Shown here piece by piece: positions 38,001 through 48,085 of a stretch of 56,189 bases of DNA. Made by a program: the position numbers and the translations under genes. The notes below the pieces were generated by a model. It saw nothing but the letters and a program-made list of their open reading frames with translations. It was not told where the DNA came from and searched no databases. The first letter of the stretch is position 1; every line of letters starts with the position of its first letter. Source of the stretch: a virus (lineage: Duplodnaviria > Caudoviricetes); IMG/VR virus record IMGVR_UViG_3300025018_000180, positions 1 to 56,189 of that record; one strand, given 5' to 3'.

Positions 38001-39498
38001 TTTCAAAAAACGTATCAATATCATCACACAAGATTTTAAATATGTTATATATACTTGGTTTTAGACCTAATTTAGACACAGCTAAATTATTTATTTCATC
38101 GATAAATTCTTCTCTTTTATCAGTAGAACTTAATTTTCTTTCATTCCATTTTTTATATACTTTTTGATATATAACAGTAACATCCAAACCAAAGTATTCC
38201 ACTACGTTATTAGGATTTTCCAAATCTACTTTTGATATTAGTATTGGTGTATACTGATTATTTGGGGTTTTTACGTTTAAAATGTCTTTACTATTATCGT
38301 TTTTTGATATGTTTTGGTCTATATTATTACCATCATTAAGTAACTCTTTTCTAAGTTTTTCTAATGCAGTTGAAATATCACTATCCCTTTTAGGTGTTTC
38401 AACCAATAAATTACCTTCTTTAATTGTTCTTCTTAACACCAATAAAAATAATCTTTTAGGAAATGTGGGTTTTACGCCATCTTCTTCGGCAGAGGTAATA
38501 GTAGTATTATATTCAATAAGACTATTAATTGTTCTGAAATATTGTGTACTACCAGTATCTAAACTATTATCAACAATAGCCATAATTGCACCGTTTTCAA
38601 TATCAATATTTCCTAAATATCTACTAAAATTTGCCATTTTAATAGCAAACATATTTGCAGCATTAATAGCCTCAAGAGATTCATCATATTGTCTTGATAC
38701 TTCCGAAGTTTCTTTTAATTCACTTAAAGAATCATATAGTTTTTGTGTATTTTTTACTAATTCATATGTATTCTTTGGTGGTTGTTTTATATCATTAGCA
38801 ATAGTATCAGGTATATTACTTACATCTTTAGTACCATCTGGATTTAATGTAGTCTCTGCTGGTCTTGCTGTACCATAGTCAGTCAACGGAAACATTTCAA
38901 TATATTTGAAAGGTACATCCGATAATGGTGCATACGTGCTTGCAATAAATTCGCTGGTAATGTTATAATTACCATTATTTGAATCAAAAGTAAAACTATT
39001 TTTTGTTAAATGTAAATTATATGTTAATGAACGACCATAATAGCCTTTTAATGTCAAAGTAAATATTGCTGGTGGAAAATCTATTAATATTGAATATGGT
39101 GATTCTGTTCCTTGGTTAGCAAATGCCATACCACGAACATCAACAAAATCAATAATTACTTGTGGAACATAAGAAGCATTTATTTTAACATCAATATTAG
39201 TAATACCAAAACCCTCATACACAGACTTGGACATTGAAGTATTTCTACTATATCTTGTTGTATATTCTTTGGTTTCTTGGTCAAAACCCATCATATTAAT
39301 ACTAATATCATTTTCTAAACCTTCAAATTGTTGTGAAGTTCCGAAACCAGACCTTACTAATGTGGTTCTACCTCTTCTTCTTCCAATAAGCTCTGCAAAA
39401 ATAAACATTTTTTCATATTCGGGTGTACCATTAACATAATTAGGTAACGGTGATGCTGCTTCGTTTGGGTCTAATACAGTAGTATTTACTATAGCCAT
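35035..39498 (-). CDS. Large tail/baseplate-hub-like structural protein
   Basis: 1487 aa. C-terminal VEMLGDMMIQP.QYFQL...FNGVYMILEVNH resembles hub proteins. Adjacent to the transglycosylase. Confidence 0.55.
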   Translation of the reverse strand: MAIVNTTVLDPNEAASPLPNYVNGTPEYEKMFIFAELIGRRRGRTTLVRSGFGTSQQFEGLENDISINMMGFDQETKEYTTRYSRNTSMSKSVYEGFGITNIDVKINASYVPQVIIDFVDVRGMAFANQGTESPYSILIDFPPAIFTLTLKGYYGRSLTYNLHLTKNSFTFDSNNGNYNITSEFIASTYAPLSDVPFKYIEMFPLTDYGTARPAETTLNPDGTKDVSNIPDTIANDIKQPPKNTYELVKNTQKLYDSLSELKETSEVSRQYDESLEAINAANMFAIKMANFSRYLGNIDIENGAIMAIVDNSLDTGSTQYFRTINSLIEYNTTITSAEEDGVKPTFPKRLFLLVLRRTIKEGNLLVETPKRDSDISTALEKLRKELLNDGNNIDQNISKNDNSKDILNVKTPNNQYTPILISKVDLENPNNVVEYFGLDVTVIYQKVYKKWNERKLSSTDKREEFIDEINNLAVSKLGLKPSIYNIFKILCDDIDTFFEKIRISTKDGERHHEQYKNEIIIKNNFPDKKIGGYPRYVKINPTGKSSRQARHIPDKKEYPNIEIFPEVLLVDKFIDTFVTVKKNEEVADMKSQTDADGNTKWIPITPADSILYDEINKDSPYYNIYFNSPESMIMNIYKIALNRFYIGSQFTYEEKFFQQDPRAKALVEYVAAAEANNIVASVNNLSVLNSLKTASDIWKTQVDGFYDVLNKRNVIGYSSFDGDPTTTSLSLTNGTQIFRQRENSNFIGIKIIENDSTLNDITERTTTTETPTGNEITSYKSKDAVDKFMDGINQESWIELFSNFFTGGGDDISKITAFIKQNLPYFADAALDDNFDSDFILKGSFPDVWSKFLSKKNNGVQYDTRFKEILNNGEYSAQTKLFIIASNMTHTLGFLYNKFLNVKIVTSKFKFPAYVETPVFELIYMGGLVKYNTDSGFKAEVDKFFTEDIGVLYNNVSYGLSPITYEAPKVENLGEIDKSILEDYFDRKLTSSFYGQVEKYFINMIDDYYTQTDVEDDREDFYYASLRGNNKYSKEALSNLLNKRQGILNLSQLTFNDDNETNQFLPLTTLTGGTTILGKAVSALNVKSTIDSYFKAFFRTLSNNISLNLDKIQKEEVETQNMVSDDDIRTQTYYSFKSIADKWMPDNGNVTGYPFNTGGDGGDTLIDKFIFVDRGMNPIGSECIINIEPLIDAHNNYDISVFNVMARLLSVNNFEFFPIANFMAFTDTNWAESFKISEIVDQKAPPAFVCMYLGGTSTTLNGDDNAFDNDGITDLDSENGIDDIRQNADLDTTLPEVTNITNRFGKNNPFGRVSAFKVKYSEQNQSFFKNIKIDTREFPETNESLAILSKLAGDESTSSPVSKGQNLFNIYESRAYSANVEMLGDMMIQPTQYFQLENIPIFNGVYMILEVNHNFTANHATTNFSGTKILKYPNPFVTDFASSIALIGGTGNEYLGEAPAITDAYGNDGTIPSKYLPNNTQYTQKIK

Positions 39499-39594
39499 AA
39501 AAATTATACTTTTCTATAAATACTTTACTTTAGAAACTGATATATGTTTTTGTTTTTGTACTAATAAAAACTATTTATATTTAAATAGAAAATT

Positions 39595-40029
39595 ATGATA
39601 ACTTATTTTTCAAGTATAGCTACACTATTACTAGGACAAGTACAATTAGAAGGTTTGAATAAGGCTGCGGAAACAAGCCCATTAAATGGGGCACTGGTTG
39701 GATTTATAATTATCCTTTTATCTGGAATAGTTTTTCTATTTAAAGAGTATAAGGATGTCCAAAAAGACTTAAAAACAGCACAGGCTGAAAATATTAAAAG
39801 TTTGGACGACATAAGAAAGGAAATGGGGTTTAAAGATGATGCACGTAACTTACAATGGTTACAATCTGAAAAAGAAACTCTAAAGGTTCTTAATGGAGTA
39901 TCTTCAATTTTATCTTTAAGTGAAAAAATGGGTCAAAATGATACTCAAAAAATTATAGATAAGATTAAAGATGCAGAAGAAAAAATAATCCAATCAAATA
40001 AAATAAACAAATATAAAGATGATAAATAA
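39595..40029 (+). CDS. Membrane protein with coiled coil (holin-like)
   Basis: TM segment GALVGFIIILLSGIVFLF followed by a charged coiled coil. Confidence 0.5.
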   Translation: MITYFSSIATLLLGQVQLEGLNKAAETSPLNGALVGFIIILLSGIVFLFKEYKDVQKDLKTAQAENIKSLDDIRKEMGFKDDARNLQWLQSEKETLKVLNGVSSILSLSEKMGQNDTQKIIDKIKDAEEKIIQSNKINKYKDDK

Positions 40030-40435
40030 AATATCAGCATTAAAAGACACTAACCTGAAAATTGAAAATGCAATAAAAGGGTATAAAACACTCCTTTATT
40101 CTGAATCTCGATTAGAAATGGCTAATGTTGAAGAAGATATTATTAATAGACATTCTAATGAAGAAACATCTTGTTTAATGTTAAAACTAAAAGGAGGACA
40201 AAAAACACCTATACTAATAGAGGATGAATTTAAAAGAATTATATGTCTTAAAGGTATTGTTAGAATTATTATTCCTTCGTATGAAGAAAGTGAAGATATT
40301 ATTTTAGAGTCAATTAATACTATATTAATTCCACCGAAAACTGAATATTTTTTAGAAATTATTAAAGATTGTGAAATAATTACAGTTTATAAACCTAAAA
40401 AGGATTTCTTCACCAACGTATTAAAAGTTGAATAA
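40019..40435 (+). CDS. Cupin-fold-like protein lacking metal histidines
   Basis: IICLKG...ILIPPKTEY...CEIITVYKP parallels the 16060 cupin. Confidence 0.5.
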   Translation: MINKISALKDTNLKIENAIKGYKTLLYSESRLEMANVEEDIINRHSNEETSCLMLKLKGGQKTPILIEDEFKRIICLKGIVRIIIPSYEESEDIILESINTILIPPKTEYFLEIIKDCEIITVYKPKKDFFTNVLKVE

Positions 40436-40460
40436 AAAGTATTTATATAAAAATTTAATT

Positions 40461-42347
40461 ATGAGTAAGATATTAGAAAGAGGTGAATATGGGTTCGGAA
40501 TTTTAATTGAAAGGGATGCTGGATATGTATCTAAGGAACTAAATCCTAAGTTGATAACAGAAGGTGTTTTCACAATTAATCCAAATGAACCAGTATATGT
40601 AAATTGTATTTTACAAAAGTGGGGTACAGAAAATAAAAACGGTAGAATATATCCAGAAAATGTGTTAGTACCACAAGTAGATGCTTACCAAGAGTTAGTA
40701 GCCACTAATTCTGCGGTATCAGAAGCAGACCATCCAGACTGCCAATTATCTAATTCTCAGATACTTACAAAAGAGGGTTGGAAGGAGTGGAAAGATATTT
40801 CTAATAATGAAGAAATTGAAACATTAAATACTGCTACAAATAAAATTGAAATTCAAAAAATTGAAAAGAAAATTTATCAAGATTACAAAGGTAATATGTA
40901 TGAGTTTAAATCAAGAAATTTTGAAAATACAGTAACACCAAATCATAGATTTTTATTAGAAGATGATAATGGTATTAGATTTTATATGACAGCAGAAGAA
41001 ATTTATGAAGATGTTGGTGGAATTTTATCGTCAGGTAAAAATAAAATTTTAAAGAAGGGAGATTGGGTTGGTGAACACATTGAAAATTTTATATTAAAAG
41101 GTGTTGATGATAATTATCTTGGTTTAAGAATTAAAAAAGAATTAAAAAAGAAATACACAACAGATATAAATGTTAATGTAGAAGATTTCTTTGCATTCTT
41201 AGGAATATATCTTGCAGATGGTCATTGTACTGGAACAAAATCAAATGAAAAATTAAAGGGATTTGATGTTTGTATAACTCAGAAAAAAGAAAAGTCTAAA
41301 AAACAAATAAAAGAATTATTAAATAAATTACCGTTTGAATATTGGATAGATTCAAAATCTGATGGTAAAGAACAATATCATATTCATGATGCGAGATTGT
41401 ATACATATTTGTTTCCATTAGGGGACTCACATAATAAATATGTTCCACATGATATTAAACAAGCCACACCCGAATTATTATCAATATTTTTTAAATGGTT
41501 TAAATTAGGTGATGGTAGAAGCATTAAAACTAAAAACAACACAACAAAAAATTCAGTATTTTCTACATCAAAACAATTAATTGATGATTTGCAAGAAATC
41601 TTATTAAAGATAGGAGGTTCAGGAAACATATCCACTTATCAACCAACAGATAGGATTATTATTGATAAAAAAGAAATGATTCTTGAAGATGGAACTGTTG
41701 AAATAGTTGAAACAGAAAGAAAAATATTATCAGAAAATTCTAAAATTCAATATAATTTAAACATATCTAATTCAAAACATATCTGGTTGGATAAAAGAAG
41801 TATTAAAATTAATAAAATTGATTACAACGATAAGATTGCTTGTGTAAGAGTCCCAAATTCTAATTTTATGACAAGAGTTAACGGAAAACCACATTGGACT
41901 GGTAATTCATCAGTAGTATCATTACATAATATATCACATTTAATCAAAAAGATGTGGTGGGGTAATGGTGAAGATAAAAATGTATTATATGGTCAGTTAG
42001 AAATAATAACTTCACCAGCATACATGCGTGAAGGTGTTGTATCTATGATTGGTGATAAAGTGGTTGAATATCTAAAAAGAGGAATTAGATTAGGTATATC
42101 ATCAAGAGGTGTAGGAACATTAAAAGAAGTTAATGGTAAAAATATTGTTCAATCGGATTTTGAATTAATTTGTTTTGACTTGGTTGCTTCACCATCAACA
42201 CCGGGTGCATATCTATTTCCAGAAAAGACTGAAATGGATTTTGGTAAAGGAATTGGTGAAGAAACCTTAAAATATCACATAAAAGGTAAAGGTTTGAATG
42301 AAGAACAGAAAAAATTAGTGGATGCGGTAAACAAATTCATCCTATAA
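40461..42347 (+). CDS. gp21: Prohead protease (T4 gp21-like) with intein (probable start MSKIL)
   Basis: NKNGRIYP, EADHP, LGISSRGVG and FDLVASPSTPGA. Confidence 0.92.
   Translation: MSKILERGEYGFGILIERDAGYVSKELNPKLITEGVFTINPNEPVYVNCILQKWGTENKNGRIYPENVLVPQVDAYQELVATNSAVSEADHPDCQLSNSQILTKEGWKEWKDISNNEEIETLNTATNKIEIQKIEKKIYQDYKGNMYEFKSRNFENTVTPNHRFLLEDDNGIRFYMTAEEIYEDVGGILSSGKNKILKKGDWVGEHIENFILKGVDDNYLGLRIKKELKKKYTTDINVNVEDFFAFLGIYLADGHCTGTKSNEKLKGFDVCITQKKEKSKKQIKELLNKLPFEYWIDSKSDGKEQYHIHDARLYTYLFPLGDSHNKYVPHDIKQATPELLSIFFKWFKLGDGRSIKTKNNTTKNSVFSTSKQLIDDLQEILLKIGGSGNISTYQPTDRIIIDKKEMILEDGTVEIVETERKILSENSKIQYNLNISNSKHIWLDKRSIKINKIDYNDKIACVRVPNSNFMTRVNGKPHWTGNSSVVSLHNISHLIKKMWWGNGEDKNVLYGQLEIITSPAYMREGVVSMIGDKVVEYLKRGIRLGISSRGVGTLKEVNGKNIVQSDFELICFDLVASPSTPGAYLFPEKTEMDFGKGIGEETLKYHIKGKGLNEEQKKLVDAVNKFIL
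40740..41906 (+). mobile_element. Prohead protease intein (389 aa, LAGLIDADG)
   Basis: DHPD|CQLSNS...TPNH...LGIYLADG...WTGN|SSVV. Confidence 0.88.
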
Positions 42348-42490
42348 AAATTAAAAAATTTACAAAATTAAATAAATTTATAATCTAAAACAAGAAATAC
42401 GAACCATATTTTATAATATTTTGTACTTTTTAATTTTTTAAATGTATTTATAATAAAATTAATAAGGAATTATTTCATAAAAATAATACT

Positions 42491-44089
42491 ATGACTAACG
42501 AAAACAAAAAGTCAATAATAGAAGAAGCAGTCAGCGACTTGAAAAGAATAAGAGAAGCTGCTGATAAGAATGCGATGGAAAAATTAGTAAAAGCTTTTCC
42601 AAAGAAATTCGAATTGCTTTTAAAAGAAGAATTAGAAAAGGTTTCCAATAAAGAGTCAGGGCGTAAAGAGCCAGTTAATGGTAAAAACAAAGAATCTATA
42701 AAAGATAAGAAAACTGACAAAATTAATGAATCCATAATGGATATTAGAGAAATGTCTCTTGGTGAAATTGAAGGTGAGTATGATGGAGCACCCGAAGATG
42801 CTGAATTTCAGGTAGAACCTGATAATAGCAGTGAGGTAGGAATCGAACTTACTATGAATGACATTGAAGAAGAACTTGCAAAGATGGAAGGTTTAGCTAA
42901 CAACATGGAAATGAATAACCCAAAAATGGGTGGACAAGAAATGGGTGAGGCAAACAACAATGCAGAAAACGATGGTGACCCGTTTTCAAAAATAAAAAAT
43001 ATTTTTAATCAATTAGGTGAAATGGTAAAAGAAATGGAAGACCAAAAAATGCACGAACAATATAATTCTATGTTCGAAGAACAAATGAAAGGAATGTGGG
43101 GTGAATCTTTTAGGGAATCACTTGGTGATGAAAAGTGTGACGACCTTTACGAAACGTTTATTGCACATAAAAAAGGTGAACCGTTTGGAGATAATAGCCA
43201 CAAATCACCAAATGTAAATGAATCAGACAACCAACCATACGATGATAAGTCTAAACCAAGCGAAAAGCAAGGTAAGTCTATTGACGAAGAAAAAGAGGTT
43301 GATATTGATGAAATGCATAATAAAGTCCCACATGGTGCTACTGCGCCTGCTAAAACAGGACATAACACAAATCCCGCTGGAATTACTGAATGGAATTTCG
43401 ATAAGAAAGAAAATAAAGAAAAAGATGAAGTGGAGATTGAAGTTGGTGACAAAAAAATAGAGATTGAAGATAAAGAGGAAGAGGAAAAAGAAGATGATGT
43501 GGATGAAGCAATGGGTATATCTATATCCGCAGGTACAACTACCCCCGGTAAATTAGGTGACCACGAAGGTACACATGGTAGATTCCGTCAACAAAATGAA
43601 TCTTTCAAAAAGAAAATGAATGGGTTAATTGGTGAAAACAAAAGGATTACAAAAGAGTTGAACGAAAATAAGAAGTCTATAATTAACGCAACAAAACTTG
43701 TTGAATCTTATAGAAGTGCACTCGAAAAATACAGAAACCAATTAAGTGAAATGGCTGTTTTTAATACTAATCTTGCGAACGTAAACAATTTACTTGTAAA
43801 CGAACAATTAGCATTAACTACAGAAGATAAAGTTAAGATAATTAACAAATTTAAATCTATTAACTCAATCACTGAATCTGAGAAAGGTTATAAAGAGATA
43901 CTTTCAGAAATGAAAAGTGCTAAGAAAACCATGATAGAGAATGTAGAAGAAAAAATGAGTAATAGTCTTGGTGAATCTGCTTCTAAGAAGATAGATGAAG
44001 CAATTGAAAGAACTGCCTATTCTACAAATGAACAAGTCCAAAAAATAAAAAGAGTAATGGACTACGTAGAAAAAGGTAAAAGAATATAA
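42491..44089 (+). CDS. Prohead scaffolding/core protein
   Basis: Acidic coiled-coil 532 aa protein between the protease and the capsid. Confidence 0.75.
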   Translation: MTNENKKSIIEEAVSDLKRIREAADKNAMEKLVKAFPKKFELLLKEELEKVSNKESGRKEPVNGKNKESIKDKKTDKINESIMDIREMSLGEIEGEYDGAPEDAEFQVEPDNSSEVGIELTMNDIEEELAKMEGLANNMEMNNPKMGGQEMGEANNNAENDGDPFSKIKNIFNQLGEMVKEMEDQKMHEQYNSMFEEQMKGMWGESFRESLGDEKCDDLYETFIAHKKGEPFGDNSHKSPNVNESDNQPYDDKSKPSEKQGKSIDEEKEVDIDEMHNKVPHGATAPAKTGHNTNPAGITEWNFDKKENKEKDEVEIEVGDKKIEIEDKEEEEKEDDVDEAMGISISAGTTTPGKLGDHEGTHGRFRQQNESFKKKMNGLIGENKRITKELNENKKSIINATKLVESYRSALEKYRNQLSEMAVFNTNLANVNNLLVNEQLALTTEDKVKIINKFKSINSITESEKGYKEILSEMKSAKKTMIENVEEKMSNSLGESASKKIDEAIERTAYSTNEQVQKIKRVMDYVEKGKRI

Positions 44090-44121
44090 TAATAACAATA
44101 AAGAAATAAATTTTATAAACA

Positions 44122-45792
44122 ATGGGTTTTTTAACAGAATCAGCAGAAGTTGGAAACATAGGTCTAAAACAACTTAGAGAGCAAAGAGAAATTACCACTA
44201 ATAGATGGGATAGTATCGGTTTATTGGAAGGTCTTGATGGAAACGTTAAAGAAAACTGTGCGCAGTTATTCGAAAACGAACTTTCATGGATGATTAACGA
44301 ATCTACGGATTCAGCATCATCAGGACAATTCGAAACAGTAGCTTTTCCAGTAATTAGAAGAGTATTCGCTAAATTATTAGCAAACGATTTGGTATCGGTT
44401 CAAGCATTGAACTTACCAATCGGTAAATTATATTACATCAATCCAAAAACTTCGGTTAGAGTTGATGAAGGTGGTGGTGTATTTGGTCATACTTCTCCTG
44501 ATGGAGCATATAGTAATGCTGCAACAACACCAACATCTGGAAGAACACAATTTGAACAACGTTCACTTTATGATTCATTCTACGCTACTCAGTACGGTGA
44601 AGAAGGAACATCTTTATTCGACAGAAGTAAAGGTAGCTTCCAAATCATCAGTGGTGTAACTACTCAAGTACCTGCATGGACTGCTGGTGACAGAGTTGTA
44701 ACTGTAGTAGTTGGTGGTTTCAATACTACTAACGAAGGTAAATTGATTGGACCTGCTGGTGTACCAATGGACACAGAATCATTCTTAGCATCACTAGCAA
44801 TAGTAGCTGATACCGATTTGATTGCTCCTTCACCATTTGCAGATGCAACAATCACTGCTGGACAACCAGTAGGTTATAATGTTAAGGTACAACCTTATGG
44901 ACAAGCTATCGTTGATGCTAGTGGTAACTTAACATTGAACATTGACTTGACTTACGCAGGTGCTGATGGATATCAAGCATTCAGTGCAACCACTAATCCT
45001 ACATTCGAATTTGCATACAGAGTATATACTGATTTGGAAGAAGATAGTGAAATGGCAGAAGTAACCTTCGGCTTAGACGAAGTAACAGTTTCTGTTGAAA
45101 CTAGAAAAATGAGAGCACAGTGGACTCCTGAATTAGCACAAGATGTTAGCGCATTCCACAACATTGATGCAGAAGCTGAATTGACAGCATTGTTGTCAGA
45201 GCAAATGGCTGCTGAAATTGACCGTGAGGTTCTTCGTGACCTTAGAAGAGGTGCTGCATGGACTCTTAGATGGGACTACAATGGTATCCGTAAGCAATCA
45301 CAGCCTTACTACGGTACTCAAAAAGACTGGAATCAAACACTTATCACTAAGGTTAACCAAATCTCTGCACAAATTCACAAAGCTGTGCTTAGAGGTGGTG
45401 CTTCTTGGATAGTAGTTTCTCCTGAAATCTCTGCTGTAATGGATGACTTGGAATATTTTCATGTGTCAAACGCTTCACCAGAACAAGATAAATATAACAT
45501 GGGTATTGAGAAAATTGGTTCACTTAGCGGTAGATACCAAGTATATCGTGACCCTTATTCTCCTGCTAACACAATGTTGATAGGACATAAAGGTACTTCA
45601 ATCCTTGAGTCAGGTTACATATATGCACCATACGTGCCAATGCAATTGACTCCTGTTATGTATAATCCTTTTGATTTTAAACCAATCAGAGGTATCATGA
45701 CACGTTATGCTAAGAAGATGATTATGAACAGATACTACGGTAGAGTGTTCGTAGATGGACTTCAAGTATTCGGAATCGGTGATTTAAGGTAA
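44122..45792 (+). CDS. gp23: Major capsid protein (T4 gp23-like)
   Basis: FPVIRRVF, TRKMRAQWTPELAQD, HNIDAEAEL, AEIDRE, YAPYVP, GIMTRY. Confidence 0.97.
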   Translation: MGFLTESAEVGNIGLKQLREQREITTNRWDSIGLLEGLDGNVKENCAQLFENELSWMINESTDSASSGQFETVAFPVIRRVFAKLLANDLVSVQALNLPIGKLYYINPKTSVRVDEGGGVFGHTSPDGAYSNAATTPTSGRTQFEQRSLYDSFYATQYGEEGTSLFDRSKGSFQIISGVTTQVPAWTAGDRVVTVVVGGFNTTNEGKLIGPAGVPMDTESFLASLAIVADTDLIAPSPFADATITAGQPVGYNVKVQPYGQAIVDASGNLTLNIDLTYAGADGYQAFSATTNPTFEFAYRVYTDLEEDSEMAEVTFGLDEVTVSVETRKMRAQWTPELAQDVSAFHNIDAEAELTALLSEQMAAEIDREVLRDLRRGAAWTLRWDYNGIRKQSQPYYGTQKDWNQTLITKVNQISAQIHKAVLRGGASWIVVSPEISAVMDDLEYFHVSNASPEQDKYNMGIEKIGSLSGRYQVYRDPYSPANTMLIGHKGTSILESGYIYAPYVPMQLTPVMYNPFDFKPIRGIMTRYAKKMIMNRYYGRVFVDGLQVFGIGDLR

Positions 45793-45822
45793 TCTGAAAT
45801 AGATTATAATAAATAATTTTAG

Positions 45823-45851
45823 AAAAGGGTTGACATAGTTCAACCCTTTTT
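45823..45851. terminator. Bidirectional intrinsic terminator after the capsid gene
   Basis: AAAAGGGTTGA-CATAGT-TCAACCCTTTTT. Confidence 0.85.
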
Positions 45852-45864
45852 ATTTTAAATATAA

Positions 45865-46224
45865 TTAAGAATAATTTTCTTCATCTTCATTATAATCTTC
45901 ATCTTTAAATTCAAGATAACCAGTATTTTCTAATTGTGTATTCCAAATATCATTTTCAACTTTTTGTAAAGTAAGATATTCATGATATAAATCAAAAATT
46001 AAATCAACAATTACCACATCATTTTTCTTAATGAAAGTTTTATCAAGTTCTTCATCTAAATTTACATCATCAGCAACCACATAAAAATCTTTTTTTAATT
46101 TTAAATCATTAATAAGTGTCTTTGGGTTTTTACCAAATAATGATACTTCAATTCTATTTAAATCTATTCCAACTACAAAATGTATTGATTGGTCATTTCC
46201 AAATTTTATTTTTTTCATTCTCAT
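45865..46224 (-). CDS. Hypothetical protein
   Basis: 119 aa ORF. Confidence 0.6.
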   Translation of the reverse strand: MRMKKIKFGNDQSIHFVVGIDLNRIEVSLFGKNPKTLINDLKLKKDFYVVADDVNLDEELDKTFIKKNDVVIVDLIFDLYHEYLTLQKVENDIWNTQLENTGYLEFKDEDYNEDEENYS

Positions 46225-46226
46225 GG

Positions 46227-47717
46227 TTAATCTTCTTTTTCGTCATTCCAGTTATAATCATAAATCAATTCTTTACGTGCTCTAGTAATAGCAACATATT
46301 GTAGATTCTTTTCTTGTTGTGCTTGCCAAGTTTTTTTTACTGGCATTGGTAGTATGTCTGGACGAGCAATAAAAACTCTATCCGCTTCCAAACCCTTTAC
46401 TTTGTGAACTGTTGATAACACAATACCCTCCAAGTCATCAGAAAAAATTTGTTCTATTTTTTGTATTAAATCAGACATATCATTTGACAACTTACAAAGG
46501 AATAAAATTACATCCACCTTATCTTTCATAGAAGAATACCCACTATGTTCCTCATAGTTAATAATTCCTTGTTTAATTAGTGATTTTTTAAATTCTTTTA
46601 ATTCTTTTTCCCAAAAATTTATTGCCTCACCAATTGTTTTGTGTTTATTAATCATTTCAATTAAAGATATACCAATATCTCTGCCTTTAATTGTTGCCTT
46701 TTTACCCTCTAATAAATATAAAAAAAATAATGTTACTAATGGAGAAGTTTTCCTACATAAAACAAAATCACCTTCTACGGGGTCATGTACAACATCACCT
46801 TCTTTAACAATTCCTTGATGAGCATTTTCCATTGGTTTAAAATTGGGTACTATCTTTTTTGCTTCATTAACGATTTCCACACCACAACGAAAAGTATGTG
46901 TTAACGGTAATATTATGGTATTAGGGTAGTTTCTAAACCATTCAAAAGCATTTCCATCTGCTCCAGCAAAACCATAAATACTTTGATTTTTGTCACCCAC
47001 ACCAATCAATCTACCTGTTTTTATTTTAGTTTTTCTATCTTTTTTTAACATTTTATCAATCATTCGTTGTTGTGCACGATTAAGGTCTTGAATTTCATCA
47101 ACAATTACATAATCTTGTGGAAACAACCAAATTTTTGGGTCAATTGCTGGTAAAAAAACCATATCAGTAAAATCAATGGTTTTTTTATCGTTCATAGATT
47201 CTTCTAATATAGATAATACTCTTTTAACATCTTTTGGTGTTGAGTATCTTATATCATATTTTTGTGCTATATACGGTATGTATTTTTTATTGGTGGTTAA
47301 TGTCAATCTACATAAATCAACCAATTTACCGATAGTTTTCATATATACTATTTTCTCCACCTCTGAGTTAAACTCATTTTGTAAATTCCAATTTTTTGAT
47401 TTCTTTTTTATTAATTTACTAATTTTAAATTCATCAATTTCAACACTATCACCATATTTCATTTTGATTGCACCTAAGCCCAACCCATGCATTGTTTTAC
47501 ATCGGACACCTTCTGGTAATTTTTCTTGTAGTTCAAGTTGAATGTGTTTATTAAAAGCTAAAAACATTTTATCCGTATTATCAGGTAACAATGTTAAACC
47601 AGCTACAATAGTAGTTGTTTTACCACAACCTGCAAGTGCTTCTATAATAATATTTTCGGTTTTTTTATGAATAGCATGAAAAATAACTTTTTGTTCATCA
47701 GTCGGTTTATTATTCAT
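46227..47717 (-). CDS. UvrD/Rep-like SF1 helicase
   Basis: ALAGCGKTT, VDEIQD, VGDKNQSIYGFAG, STVHKVKGLE and YVAITRA. Confidence 0.92.
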   Translation of the reverse strand: MNNKPTDEQKVIFHAIHKKTENIIIEALAGCGKTTTIVAGLTLLPDNTDKMFLAFNKHIQLELQEKLPEGVRCKTMHGLGLGAIKMKYGDSVEIDEFKISKLIKKKSKNWNLQNEFNSEVEKIVYMKTIGKLVDLCRLTLTTNKKYIPYIAQKYDIRYSTPKDVKRVLSILEESMNDKKTIDFTDMVFLPAIDPKIWLFPQDYVIVDEIQDLNRAQQRMIDKMLKKDRKTKIKTGRLIGVGDKNQSIYGFAGADGNAFEWFRNYPNTIILPLTHTFRCGVEIVNEAKKIVPNFKPMENAHQGIVKEGDVVHDPVEGDFVLCRKTSPLVTLFFLYLLEGKKATIKGRDIGISLIEMINKHKTIGEAINFWEKELKEFKKSLIKQGIINYEEHSGYSSMKDKVDVILFLCKLSNDMSDLIQKIEQIFSDDLEGIVLSTVHKVKGLEADRVFIARPDILPMPVKKTWQAQQEKNLQYVAITRARKELIYDYNWNDEKED

Positions 47718-47719
47718 AA

Positions 47720-48034
47720 TTATTTATCATTATTAGGTAATTCTTTATTTAAGATTTTTTTAATATCATCCATGTTTATATCTACTTCACGTAGTAGTTC
47801 ACCATATGTTTCTGCTATTAGCCCAATAATATGACCTGCTTCTCCAATTTTAATTATATCTTCATTAGTAAAACTATCCACCTTTTCATTTCGTTTAACT
47901 AAATCAAATAATGCATAACGTGCCATTTCATAAATCATAAACCAATGTTCTGGTTTTTGTTCGAAATCTGGTGGTATATTTATATATGGTTTACCCTTTT
48001 CGGTGTATTTAATTTCATATTTAAAGTTATGCAT
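47720..48034 (-). CDS. Hypothetical protein
   Basis: 104 aa ORF. Confidence 0.6.
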   Translation of the reverse strand: MHNFKYEIKYTEKGKPYINIPPDFEQKPEHWFMIYEMARYALFDLVKRNEKVDSFTNEDIIKIGEAGHIIGLIAETYGELLREVDINMDDIKKILNKELPNNDK

Positions 48035-48085
48035 ATCTATAATAATTTAGTATTTATAAATAAATAAACACAAATATAATTAATT

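Noticed and set aside
44594-44611. Capsid sequence ACGGTGAAGAAGGAACAT resembles the tnpB 3' flank ACGGTAAGAAGGAACAT
   Set aside because: Only 12 contiguous purine-rich bases match, the similarity ends where the guide would continue, and the guide boundary is unknown. Probably chance.
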